Shown: piece after piece, positions 1 through 9,300 of the stretch
Position numbering within the stretch: position 1 is the stretch's first letter
Layout of the letters: each line of letters starts with the position of its first letter
Virus record (IMG/VR): IMGVR_UViG_3300017958_000005
Location: 1 to 64,000 of that record
Direction: 5' to 3' (one strand)
DNA: 64,000 nt
From: an uncultured virus (IMG/VR IMGVR_UViG_3300017958_000005)
Lineage: Duplodnaviria > Heunggongvirae > Uroviricota > Caudoviricetes
Notes under the pieces: model-generated
What the model was told of the DNA's origin: nothing
Databases searched by the model: none
Seen by the model: only the letters and a program-made list of their open reading frames with translations
Made by a program: the position numbers and the translations under genes

Positions 1-2874
1 AACGGTTGACTGTGTTCCGAGAATGCTGAGGTTTCCAGCAACAGTCAGGTTTCCGTCAATTCGGGCATCTTCCCGAACGCGGATATCGTCGAAAACTTCC
101 GAAACGATATTGAGTCGATAGCAACCCGGGTTCGAGGCGAGAAGAACTTCTGCGATTTCGACCGCATAGTTCGGGTAGGTCGGCGGGTTCGTTGTTAGTC
201 CACCCGGAGTTGTAGCCGACAAGTGGAGTCGATCGCCAACAGAGTACGACGAGAGGTCGATACCGAGAAGAATTCCGTCGATGATGATGAAACCATGGGC
301 GCCGTTAGCGATGGTCGCCTTGGTAATACCGGCAACGTTGATTTTGTCAGGATCGCTCGCATCGGCAAGGGCGATAGTTGGAATAGCAGAATTTTCCCCG
401 GTGTAGTAAACAACCGACCCGGCGGCAATGCTGGCCCCCGAGTTGTTGTATACGTACAGGGCGCGCTCCTGACCGAGCGCAATATCGACACCGGTCTGGC
501 TGGTGTCCATGCGGAGAGCATCGTTTGTGGAGTCGTACCAAACGCGGCTTTCCGCGTGGGTCGGCCTCGACATGGGTGTGTACGACGAAACATCCCAATC
601 GATGTAGTCGGTGTCGAGATGGTTCGGAGTGTCGTTAGCGCGACCCGCACCAAGAATGAGGATTTCGCCAGTGGTTGTGTCCTGACGAACCACACGACCG
701 ATCGCCTGAATCTTGTCGTCCTCGCCAGTCGGCCGTGTCGAGGTTAGGCCGCCACCGTCGGCAACATACAAAACTGTGTTAACGCTGTAAGCGTTAGTGT
801 TCATGCTTTCGATGACACCCAGAATTACCGCATGACCTTCAGCGTTATTTTCCAATTCGGCTGTGGTAATACCCAACGCTGGCATGGTCGAGGCGGTAGC
901 CGCATCAGACGGTGAAACCTCGGTGGCTCCACTCGCCCCAACAGATCCCGTAGCGTAAACCGGAGTACCCTTAGCAATCGTTGAACCACTGGTGTTCTTG
1001 ACATGCAGATACACAGGGCCAGCCAACTGGCCGTGAATGTGTGAAGCATCAAGCAGACTATTGACAGTTACATCTTCGAACGTGACGTTTGCCGTCGAGT
1101 CGAGCGTGATTGTCGGGGTGGCACCTTCACCAGAGTTGTTGGTCAGGGTGACACCGTTACCCGCGACAAGACTTTGTACGTAGTCCCCGGTCGTATCGGT
1201 CCCCAGAGCAATACTGTTGGCTTGGATTGTCGTTGTGATGTCGACGTTGGCCGTGCCATCAAAGGAGACTGATCCAGCAACATCCCCGCTAAGGGAGATT
1301 GTTCGAGCAGTTTCAAGTGCAGTTGCCGTGTCCGCATTGCCGGTCACATCACCAGTGACGTCTGCTGTTACGGTGTTGAAAGTTACGTCACTTGTGGTTT
1401 CTACTGCCTGACCAATGGCGACAGTTGGGGTTGATCCTTCACCAGAGTTGTTTGAGAGCGTTACACCGGTTCCGGCAGTGAGATTTTCTACGTAATCACC
1501 AACGGTGTCGGTACCCAAATTGATTTGGTCATTGACCCAAGCGGAGCCATTCCACTTTAAGAAATCACCGGTGGTAGCCGATGTGATTGTAACGTCCGAA
1601 CGACCTGTAGTAAGGGTCAAATCTGGGGTTGTTTGCACCCAAGTCGAAGTGGAAGAATCATAAAGAATGATGTCGCCATTTGATGGGTTGCCGACACTGA
1701 CATTGGCGATCTGGTTGAATTCGGTTGGGAAGGGGTAGTACGTCGTACCATCGTTTGTCCATTCCCATGCGTCAGAAGTTTCGTTCCAACGCAGGAGAAC
1801 ATTTGCTGATGTTCCACGCTCAATCTCAATTCCGGCATTTGTTGATGGTGCTCCGGTGACATTGGAATTAAGTGTGACAATATTGTCTTCAACCGCAAGG
1901 GTTTCAGTGTTAAGTGTCGTGGTGGTTCCGTTAACAGTAAGGTCGCCATCGACGGTGACATCATTAAACGTGACGTCACTTGTGGTTTCGACTGCCTGAC
2001 CAATTGCAACGGTGGGCGTATTACCTTCACCCGTTCCGCCAGTGATAGTTACACCCGTGCCAGCGGTGACGCCCTCCGTGTAATTACCCGTGGTGTCGGT
2101 GCCAAGAGCAACTGAATCAGCCTGAATCGTTGCGGCAATATCAACGTTGGCAGTTCCGTCAAATGACACTGAGCCAACAACGTCTCCGCTCAACGAAATG
2201 GTTCGCGCTGTTTCAAGAGAGGTGGCAGTGTCTGCGTTGCCGGTCAGGTCTCCAGTGAGTCCGTTGCTTGTCGACAGCCCGCCAGAAAGTGAAATGTCGG
2301 TTCCATCGCTGCTGATTGTCGCTCCACCGAGGTCAATCGAGGAGCCCGACAAGTAGATGTCGCGGAAGCGCGCCGAACTTGAACCCAAGTCGTAAGAAAC
2401 GTCAGCATCAGGAAGAATGTTTCCGCCAACAGTGATTCCGGCATCGGTTGTAACCGTGTTGAAAGTGACGTCATCCGTGGTTCCAACGGACTGGCCAATT
2501 GCGATCGTTGGCGTAGCGCCTTCACCAGAGTTGTTGGTAAGAGTGACGCCAGTTCCAGCGGTGAGGCTCTCAACGTAGTCGCCTACCGAGTCCGTGCCGA
2601 GATTGACGGCATCGTTAATCCACGCGGATCCGTTCCAGCGGAGGAAGTCGCCATCCGCAGCAGAGGTGATTGTGACATCACTAATGTCATTCAATACACC
2701 GGCGTTAAGAGTATTGAGGTATCCAAGGCTGGTCCAAGCGGTCGAACCATCGCCGACTTTCATCTTGGCCGTATCGGACTCATAACCTACTTCACCGTTA
2801 GCAAGGGTGGGGTTGGCCGAGGTCCAAGAAGCAGCCGTGCCTCTCCGGAACTGGATTACGACATTTGCGCTCAT
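1..2874 (-). CDS. Large tail fibre / receptor-binding protein (runs off the window at its 3' end), Mtd_N/hyaluronidase-type N-terminus
   Basis: Not in the ORF track because it has no stop in the window. ATG at 2874 reads MSANVVIQFRRGTAASWTSANPTLANGEVGYESDTAKMKVGDGSTAW, a typical fibre N-terminal motif. The frame is open to position 1, with repeated GDYVxxLTAGTGVTLTNNSGEGxTPT and GNADTATxLETARTISLSGDV units. Confidence 0.85.
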   Translation of the reverse strand, partial: MSANVVIQFRRGTAASWTSANPTLANGEVGYESDTAKMKVGDGSTAWTSLGYLNTLNAGVLNDISDVTITSAADGDFLRWNGSAWINDAVNLGTDSVGDYVESLTAGTGVTLTNNSGEGATPTIAIGQSVGTTDDVTFNTVTTDAGITVGGNILPDADVSYDLGSSSARFRDIYLSGSSIDLGGATISSDGTDISLSGGLSTSNGLTGDLTGNADTATSLETARTISLSGDVVGSVSFDGTANVDIAATIQADSVALGTDTTGNYTEGVTAGTGVTITGGTGEGNTPTVAIGQAVETTSDVTFNDVTVDGDLTVNGTTTTLNTETLAVEDNIVTLNSNVTGAPSTNAGIEIERGTSANVLLRWNETSDAWEWTNDGTTYYPFPTEFNQIANVSVGNPSNGDIILYDSSTSTWVQTTPDLTLTTGRSDVTITSATTGDFLKWNGSAWVNDQINLGTDTVGDYVENLTAGTGVTLSNNSGEGSTPTVAIGQAVETTSDVTFNTVTADVTGDVTGNADTATALETARTISLSGDVAGSVSFDGTANVDITTTIQANSIALGTDTTGDYVQSLVAGNGVTLTNNSGEGATPTITLDSTANVTFEDVTVNSLLDASHIHGQLAGPVYLHVKNTSGSTIAKGTPVYATGSVGASGATEVSPSDAATASTMPALGITTAELENNAEGHAVILGVIESMNTNAYSVNTVLYVADGGGLTSTRPTGEDDKIQAIGRVVRQDTTTGEILILGAGRANDTPNHLDTDYIDWDVSSYTPMSRPTHAESRVWYDSTNDALRMDTSQTGVDIALGQERALYVYNNSGASIAAGSVVYYTGENSAIPTIALADASDPDKINVAGITKATIANGAHGFIIIDGILLGIDLSSYSVGDRLHLSATTPGGLTTNPPTYPNYAVEIAEVLLASNPGCYRLNIVSEVFDDIRVREDARIDGNLTVAGNLSILGTQSTV

Positions 2875-3603
2875 TTACACTCCACCTGCGTCAATAGATA
2901 CATGAGCCCGGAGCCAAGTGGTTGGTGAGCCACCATCAGCCGAAATCACATCTTGCCATGAATAATTGTAGTCTGTAGCGTCGTTCTTCGTTAGCACCTG
3001 TCCGGTAGCCCCTCCCGCAGGAAGAGCGTAAAAGGTGCTTGCCTCCCACTGGGCGGTTGAAGAGTTGTACTGGAGAACCTGTCCGTCGGTTGGGCTTGAT
3101 GCATCAACGTCAGATAGTGAGTTCAGATCAATGGCGCCAGTCGCGCTTACCCACTGATTTCCGGTTCGGACGTACAGAATTCCGTCGTCGGTGTCGAACC
3201 ACATGTCACCGTCGGCGATATTGTTGGTCGGCGCAGAGGTTGAAAGTTCGACACTTGCGCTGCCAGCCTTGACCCAAGCGCCTTGGCTGCGAAGGTACAG
3301 GCGGTCCTCGTCGACATCGATGGCCATAGCGCCATCCGGGAGACTGGTGGTCGGCGGCCCGCTAGTAGTTAAAGTAATTACACCGTTTGATGCATACAGG
3401 GTGTCATCAGTTTTGAGTGTGGTGGCATCCGACCTATAAAGGTTTACATCACCAGCACCCGAACCATCACCCCAAGTGAGCCGTCCGCCTGCATCAATCC
3501 TCAGCCGAGCATTTGAATCACCGCTGACACGCGCGGAAATTGCTTCGTCTCCCGCATTGGCGAATTCGACGCCCCTTACGGGCGTGCCTACAAATCGTGT
3601 CAT
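2875..3603 (-). CDS. Tail fibre-associated structural protein (242 aa)
   Basis: ORF track; fibre-like motifs (DGDMWFDTDDGILYVR, LNSLSDVDASSPTDGQVLQYNSSTAQW, LPAGGATGQVLTK); abuts the next gene. Confidence 0.75.
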   Translation of the reverse strand: MTRFVGTPVRGVEFANAGDEAISARVSGDSNARLRIDAGGRLTWGDGSGAGDVNLYRSDATTLKTDDTLYASNGVITLTTSGPPTTSLPDGAMAIDVDEDRLYLRSQGAWVKAGSASVELSTSAPTNNIADGDMWFDTDDGILYVRTGNQWVSATGAIDLNSLSDVDASSPTDGQVLQYNSSTAQWEASTFYALPAGGATGQVLTKNDATDYNYSWQDVISADGGSPTTWLRAHVSIDAGGV

Positions 3604-3655
3604 GGTGAATCAGCCTCAACTGTTTCGTTGTTAGTGCCCCTCAAGGCAGAATTTT

Positions 3656-5014
3656 TTAGCCGCTGATGACCACCCGATATGCGCCAGAAGCAGGCGCAAC
3701 CGAGAAGGAAACATCAACTTGGTTGGCGTTCGTCCGCACAACATCAGTAATCACAGTGTCATAGGTATTGCTGTCGTATACCTGAACGGTGACGTCGCGA
3801 GTGCCAAAGTTGTGAACGATCGAGAAAGTGGTGTCCGTCGCATTACCGACAGTTTGGGCTGAAACCCGCGCCAAAGTCGGGGTGCTTGTGGTAAGGCCCG
3901 TCGCCGATGTCGCGGCGAGATTGTCGCGAGCGTCAGCCTCCGTACTGGCGTTCGTGCCACCATTTGCGATTGGAAGCAGGCCGCTGACACCGTTGCCAGA
4001 TGCACTCGTGAGATCAATCGTGTCAGTCGACAGAACACCTGAGGTAAACGTGATTCCAGTGCCCGCAATGTTGGAGTCAAGAGCAAGACCATCAGCGGTA
4101 GTTGTCAACCCGTCATAATTGGTGTCAATCTTGATTTGAAGATCGTCGGAAGCAATTTCGATGCCACCGTCACTCGCAACATTTACGTTAAGAACATCAC
4201 CAGTTTTTGATAGGCCGTCACCAGCAAGAATCGTTCCAGCCACCGAGAAGAGCGCAAATTCAAGCCCTGTCGTGCCGAGCGTAATTGTGCCATTGTTCGT
4301 GAGAACCCAACCGGCATCGGCATTGATCGTGCCTTCTTCAACGAAGGTGAACATTCCGGGAGTGACCTCATCGGCGCTGTCTGCGTCAGTTGCTCGAACC
4401 GCTGCTCCAGATGCTTGAACGATATAAATGCCGTTTTCGGAAGCAGAAGTCTGATCTTTGACAAGGACGCGATCCCCAGCGACCAGAGTCACACCATCTA
4501 TAGTGTCTCCAGCCTCAAGGTCGGTAGTGATACTTAGGTTGGTGGTTGTTGCTGCACGGACCGAGGCCTTAACGTCAAGACCGGTGCGAGCCGCGTCAAC
4601 GTATGCCTTGTTGGCGGCGTCCAGATCGTTTACCGGAGCGGAAACCTGAAGTCGTCCACCAGAATCGCGCAGGGCAATTGTCGAGCCAGTGTTTTGTGAG
4701 GTCTTGTTATCAAGGGCCTGCTTATCGGTGCCATTCAGCAGTCCGGATGCGCCAGAGGGGACTGAGTCAGCGATCGAGAAGGTGACTGAACCGTTGGATT
4801 CCGTAATGGTGAGAGCGGTCGTCAGAGACGAGAGTGCGTGGAGTGCTTTACGCCAGCCGGTGCCGTCATAGACTTTGAGTACCTTTTCGGTACTGTTGTA
4901 GATCAGTCGACCCTCAAAGTTGTTTGTAGTGGGGTCAGCGGAGAGGCTCTCGAAGCGACCATTGAGCAACTGATTCTGATTGAGGTCGAGATTCGTTACA
5001 AATTTTTGCGCCAT
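3656..5014 (-). CDS. Tail fibre/collar-like structural protein (452 aa)
   Basis: ORF track; DAANKAYVD, KASVRAATT and GDRVLVKDQTSASENGIY motifs typical of phage tail fibre proteins. Confidence 0.8.
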   Translation of the reverse strand: MAQKFVTNLDLNQNQLLNGRFESLSADPTTNNFEGRLIYNSTEKVLKVYDGTGWRKALHALSSLTTALTITESNGSVTFSIADSVPSGASGLLNGTDKQALDNKTSQNTGSTIALRDSGGRLQVSAPVNDLDAANKAYVDAARTGLDVKASVRAATTTNLSITTDLEAGDTIDGVTLVAGDRVLVKDQTSASENGIYIVQASGAAVRATDADSADEVTPGMFTFVEEGTINADAGWVLTNNGTITLGTTGLEFALFSVAGTILAGDGLSKTGDVLNVNVASDGGIEIASDDLQIKIDTNYDGLTTTADGLALDSNIAGTGITFTSGVLSTDTIDLTSASGNGVSGLLPIANGGTNASTEADARDNLAATSATGLTTSTPTLARVSAQTVGNATDTTFSIVHNFGTRDVTVQVYDSNTYDTVITDVVRTNANQVDVSFSVAPASGAYRVVISG

Positions 5015-5026
5015 TGATGACTCCCG

Positions 5027-5338
5027 TTACGTGAGATAGGCAAAGCCAGAAAAAGGAGCCGTAAACTCCAACCGAACTTCACTGTTACTTACATATGATA
5101 CATCACCAAAAACGACTGTATCGGCAGAATCAACAACCATCACGGACGGTTTCCCACCCAAAGTGTGATTAATTGTCCACGTTTGGGATGGCGATCCTTG
5201 AGTGTGCACGTGACGTCTGGTGTTGGTCCCACCAGCACTGAGCCGCACCTCGATAATTGTTGGGGCTTCTTCGTCAACCGTAACCTGATTGGGAGAGTCC
5301 TGATAGACGTAAACCTGATTTGGAACTGAGTTGCTCAA
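5027..5338 (-). CDS. Small virion/tail-associated protein (103 aa)
   Basis: ORF track; HTQGSPSQTWTINHTLG...FTAPFSGFAYL motif common in phage tail modules. Confidence 0.7.
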   Translation of the reverse strand: MSNSVPNQVYVYQDSPNQVTVDEEAPTIIEVRLSAGGTNTRRHVHTQGSPSQTWTINHTLGGKPSVMVVDSADTVVFGDVSYVSNSEVRLEFTAPFSGFAYLT

Positions 5339-5712
5339 CGTGTCACCTCCAAGGACAATGTAAATGTCCCCTTCAAGACACGACTCACAACGCCAGCACC
5401 AGAAATAATTTCCAAGTCGTACACACCGTCAGATGTCAACGATGCAGTCGTCGAATCATCCATTGACAAAACGATGCGACCTTTTACGCCTGCCGGTTCA
5501 ATCGAAATACGCCCATTTTCAGTAGTTAACTCAACCTGAAACGACGTCGATTCAGTTGTGCGACGTACCTGCATACGGGCCGTATAGTTCTCGAGATCCA
5601 TCTCCTGATACGTGGTACCAGTAGGATCGGTAGGATCTGGTTCCTTCAGAACTATGTCACGGGTAAAAGTAGCCCCTTGTTCGCATGTAATGTTGTATAC
5701 ACCTGCAATCAT
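5335..5712 (-). CDS. Tail/baseplate-associated beta-sandwich protein (125 aa)
   Basis: ORF track; YNITCEQGATF...YTARMQVR...GVYDLEI...G.FTLSLEVTR pattern; upstream RBS GAGG. Confidence 0.7.
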   Translation of the reverse strand: MIAGVYNITCEQGATFTRDIVLKEPDPTDPTGTTYQEMDLENYTARMQVRRTTESTSFQVELTTENGRISIEPAGVKGRIVLSMDDSTTASLTSDGVYDLEIISGAGVVSRVLKGTFTLSLEVTR

Positions 5713-5784
5713 GGGCGCCTCTTCCCTCTAAACCTACTTAATTGTAGATCAGAGACCCGGTTAAACCGGGTAAATTCGCGCCGA

Positions 5785-6000
5785 TCAGAGAACGGAAGCC
5801 GAATTTTTGTTCGGTCCAACCTTCTTCAGGCCCATGCTCATGGCAATCGAGAGCGCAACAGCGACAACGCCGGCTTTCAGATTGTCGGAACTAGCGAGGC
5901 CGTCGAAGTCGGCTCCCGTGGCCATCCAAACGCCGAGATACGCCTGAACGAAAGTTTTCGCAGCGCGCTCAACAGAGTCTTTGATAAAGTTCATGTTCAT
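5785..6000 (-). CDS. Holin, r1t/actinophage-type (71 aa)
   Basis: MNMNFIKDSVERAAKTFVQAYLGVW...AGVVAVALSIAMS: ERAxKTFxQ signature and two hydrophobic segments. RBS GGAGG lies just before the ATG at 6000, so the 6156 start in the track is too long. Confidence 0.8.
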   Translation of the reverse strand: MNMNFIKDSVERAAKTFVQAYLGVWMATGADFDGLASSDNLKAGVVAVALSIAMSMGLKKVGPNKNSASVL

Positions 6001-6036
6001 TTTGACCTCCCGGTCGTGTGTGCGGTGTGCACCTAT

Positions 6037-6045
6037 ATTATACCA
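6037..6045 (-). promoter_or_regulatory. Extended -10 promoter (TGGTATAAT) upstream of the holin
   Basis: Perfect TGnTATAAT on the minus strand in the intergenic gap, about 37 nt before the holin ATG. Confidence 0.65.
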
Positions 6046-6055
6046 AACAAGGAGG

Positions 6056-6364
6056 TCAGTTGATGACTTCCATGTACAACAGGACCTGCCCGGTTCGGTT
6101 TTCTTGAGCATCAACCTCGGCTTTCGTAGCAACCCTCTGCCAACCTGAACCATCATAGAAATGTGGCCGCTTCAAGTCGGTATTGCCGTCCGATTCATGC
6201 TCAATGTACGTCATTGTCCCTGAATCTCGAAACGATCCAAGGCCAGAATCGGCAGCGGAAATCGTGTCAAAGTACATGACCGACTGTTGCATCAAATACT
6301 CATTCATTTGCGTGGCAGTCAGCACCGTTTCGGGCTGAAACTCCATGAAACCTGAACCAGACAT
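6056..6364 (-). CDS. Small tail-associated protein (102 aa)
   Basis: ORF track; F...VLTATQMNEYLMQQSVMYF resembles actinophage minor tail protein N-termini; RBS AAGGAG. Confidence 0.65.
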   Translation of the reverse strand: MSGSGFMEFQPETVLTATQMNEYLMQQSVMYFDTISAADSGLGSFRDSGTMTYIEHESDGNTDLKRPHFYDGSGWQRVATKAEVDAQENRTGQVLLYMEVIN

Positions 6365-6385
6365 AATCTCTCCTTATACCCAATA

Positions 6386-9300
6386 CTACACGTTTTCGGC
6401 GCCGAAGCCGCCAAGTTCAAAAAGGTCCAAACGGCCAACACCAACGTTGTTCAATGTCAAATAGATTGCGTCCTGAACGGCATGCGAGAACACGAAACCC
6501 ATCGGGCGAGCAAGTTCAGCAATATTCAACACAGTCATAGAAGAATTCGTGACTGGATCAACATCTGGTGTTTCAGACTCAACTGTTCTAATATGGATAC
6601 GCCAATCGATACCACGATAATTAGGGCTAAGAGCAACAGTTTTATCTCCGGACAACACCTGCTGGACAGTAGAAACAATCGCGTCACGAGAACCCGATGC
6701 CCAACCGAACGAAGCATCTGACATCTGATAAATCGCGAATGCTTCAGCCTCTGTCGTATTGAAATGCGAACTAGACGTGACGGTCGTTGGCAATGCCAGC
6801 GCTGGCCCATCCACAGCATACACATACCCAGTAAAAATTTCTGGCGAGGTAGTGGTGAAACTGTCCCATTGTGGTGAACCCGGATAACCATAGATCCGTT
6901 CAACACTGGAATAACCGATCCACGTCAAATCACCAGTCGCCACACCTTGCCGCGCGAGACTACCGCCATAACCAAGAATGGCGATAGGACATTCAGGGTC
7001 TGAGGAGTTTAATCGCTGATCCCAATAAGTTCCCGAATACTTGTATTTAAACCAATCGATGCCGTCGTAAACATAAAAGATGTCACCTCTCCTCATATCT
7101 GAAAGAGTTCCGACGATACCGGGATCAACATCAAAGGAACCCGCAATCATGTTGATGACCTGTATGAACTTAGACGGTCCAATATAGTCAGCGTGGATTG
7201 AACTATAGGCATTTGTGTTGGGTCTCTTCAGGGAAATACCCATCTGCTCGAGGGTCAAGCCTGCCTGATACTCCGTTCGCCGACTTCGGCCTGCCATCCC
7301 GACACCGTAATGACTCCAAGATAGATAATTGAAAGAGTACCAAATGCTGTTGTCAACGCTGCCGTCGCTGTTGGGAGTTATCGCAGGCTTATAACCGGAA
7401 TAAAACGCGTGGATCCAACCTGATTCTCGAACACCCAAACTTTTTAGGTTTGATTCATACAATGTGGGCCGCCCATTGTAAATCCAAAGGTTTGGACCGA
7501 GGTCTTCAACGTGACTGAACATGCCTGCTGTTATCATGTTTCCGTCGTAACTCATACGTACAGTCGAGCCTAAACGAGTTTGAAAACTGGTGGACTGCGG
7601 AGACATTCTGTGCGGGCCGGCAAGAATAATGTCTTGCCCTCCACCAGCAATTGATGACTCATAAACTTTGTAATCGAAGGCCGGGGTTTGACCTGCTTCC
7701 ATAACCTCCCAACTTGCAGAGGATGAATTCCACCTAAACGCTTGCAAGAAACCGGAGTCAGCCGCGTTGATCAGAACATCGTCATGGTACAAGCCCAACA
7801 GTCCACCCGGGCATCCAATTACAACAGATTGACCGTCCCCACTAATATCACACGATGTAAAATTTCCCCAAAAGTTAACCGTCTCATAACCAGAACCGAG
7901 GTAAAACTCATTCAGTGCGCCGCCAAAAGCGCTGTCATATGTCGACGACATATCCCAAGTTGTAGGGAAAACGATCTCCTGAGGAGTCAAGGCGTAAAGG
8001 TCGGGTGTTTCCATCCACGAACCGCGCTGCTTCCATACGCCGGCAGACTGTCGGTCAAACACCGCCATGCGGTAAGTGAAAGAAGTAGACGATCCTAAAC
8101 CTTCGTGCGAAGCCGCCCTCGCCGCAATCAAATCCTGTCTAGAGACACCGCCAGAAATAACAATGCTGGTTCCATCCTCATTCAGACGGGCACACGGTCT
8201 CCATAAAGACCAAGAATCACTATTGTCATAGTTGAAAGTAAGAAGGTCATCGAAAGAGAAATCTTGAACCCATCGCTGACCATCCCAAACAAAAATGTAC
8301 ACGTTCCTCATCGAAGTTACGCTCAGCACCGAACCATCAGGTGTGATATCGATATACGTGCCGAACCCACCATTCTCCATATCCCAATTGTCCAATTGCG
8401 ATGCCACAGATGGAGGCGTAACTGTTTCTCCGTCCACATAAATGGGATCACCACGTTGCACATATTCCAAAGCATCAGGGTCCCAGTCAAAAACGTAAAC
8501 ACATCCTTGATCGTGGCCCCAAAACAATCCGTACTGATTGTCCGTTACGGTTGTTTCTTCAGGATTCCAGTTAACTGCTGATGCGAACACAGTATTGCCG
8601 TCATCAGTAATCGCAACATCGTAACCAAACTTAGTGAACAGTCGATCACTGGGACTCTCAATGATTCTGAAAGCCAATCCATGATCATAATCAGTTGTCT
8701 CACTCGGAGGAGAACCAGACCAACTCTTTCGTGGCCAGTCTTCTGGCCAGAGAGTGTCATTGACTGATTTCACCCAGTCAATTACGACAACATTGCTCTT
8801 TTGTATGTATTGTTGCAACGTTCGATCTTGCGTCGTATACGGTTGACCATAAATCGAAAACTCGCCATATGAAGTTGTGTAAGCCGAATGCGAGTAATTA
8901 GTAACCCTATCTGGGTCCTGAAACACGGCAAGTTGCAGTTGTCGAGCGGATGCGTCAAACCAAGGCATTAAAGCGTACTTGCCTTGGTTCGTCACATAGG
9001 ATGCTGTCTGAGCGTCTTGGTGGGCGCCGCGAATAAATAAACTTGTCGGATCGTATTGACTATTGCCGCCACCGTAGTTTGCGTCCGGAGTAGTGCGGGT
9101 GGTCCGAGCACCTGTATTGCCGTCAACGATGACAGCGCCAGCCATTTGTTGAAACGCAAACAGCGCCTTCTTGTCAGACATTGACCAATGCATGCGATCA
9201 GGGCCATCAGAATATTTATGGAACCTTATAAGGATCCAAACAAGTGGGGAGAACAGTGTATCTACTGCCACACGCAAAGAAACTGGAATTGAATACAGTT

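Noticed and set aside
195..2785. Many short ORFs on both strands in the first 2.8 kb
   Set aside because: All overlap the single long minus-strand fibre frame starting at 2874, which the track missed because it runs off the window.
2700..2874. Mtd-like N-terminus as evidence of a diversity-generating retroelement
   Set aside because: No reverse transcriptase or adenine-specific TR/VR pair is visible in the window; this N-terminal domain is common in ordinary fibres.
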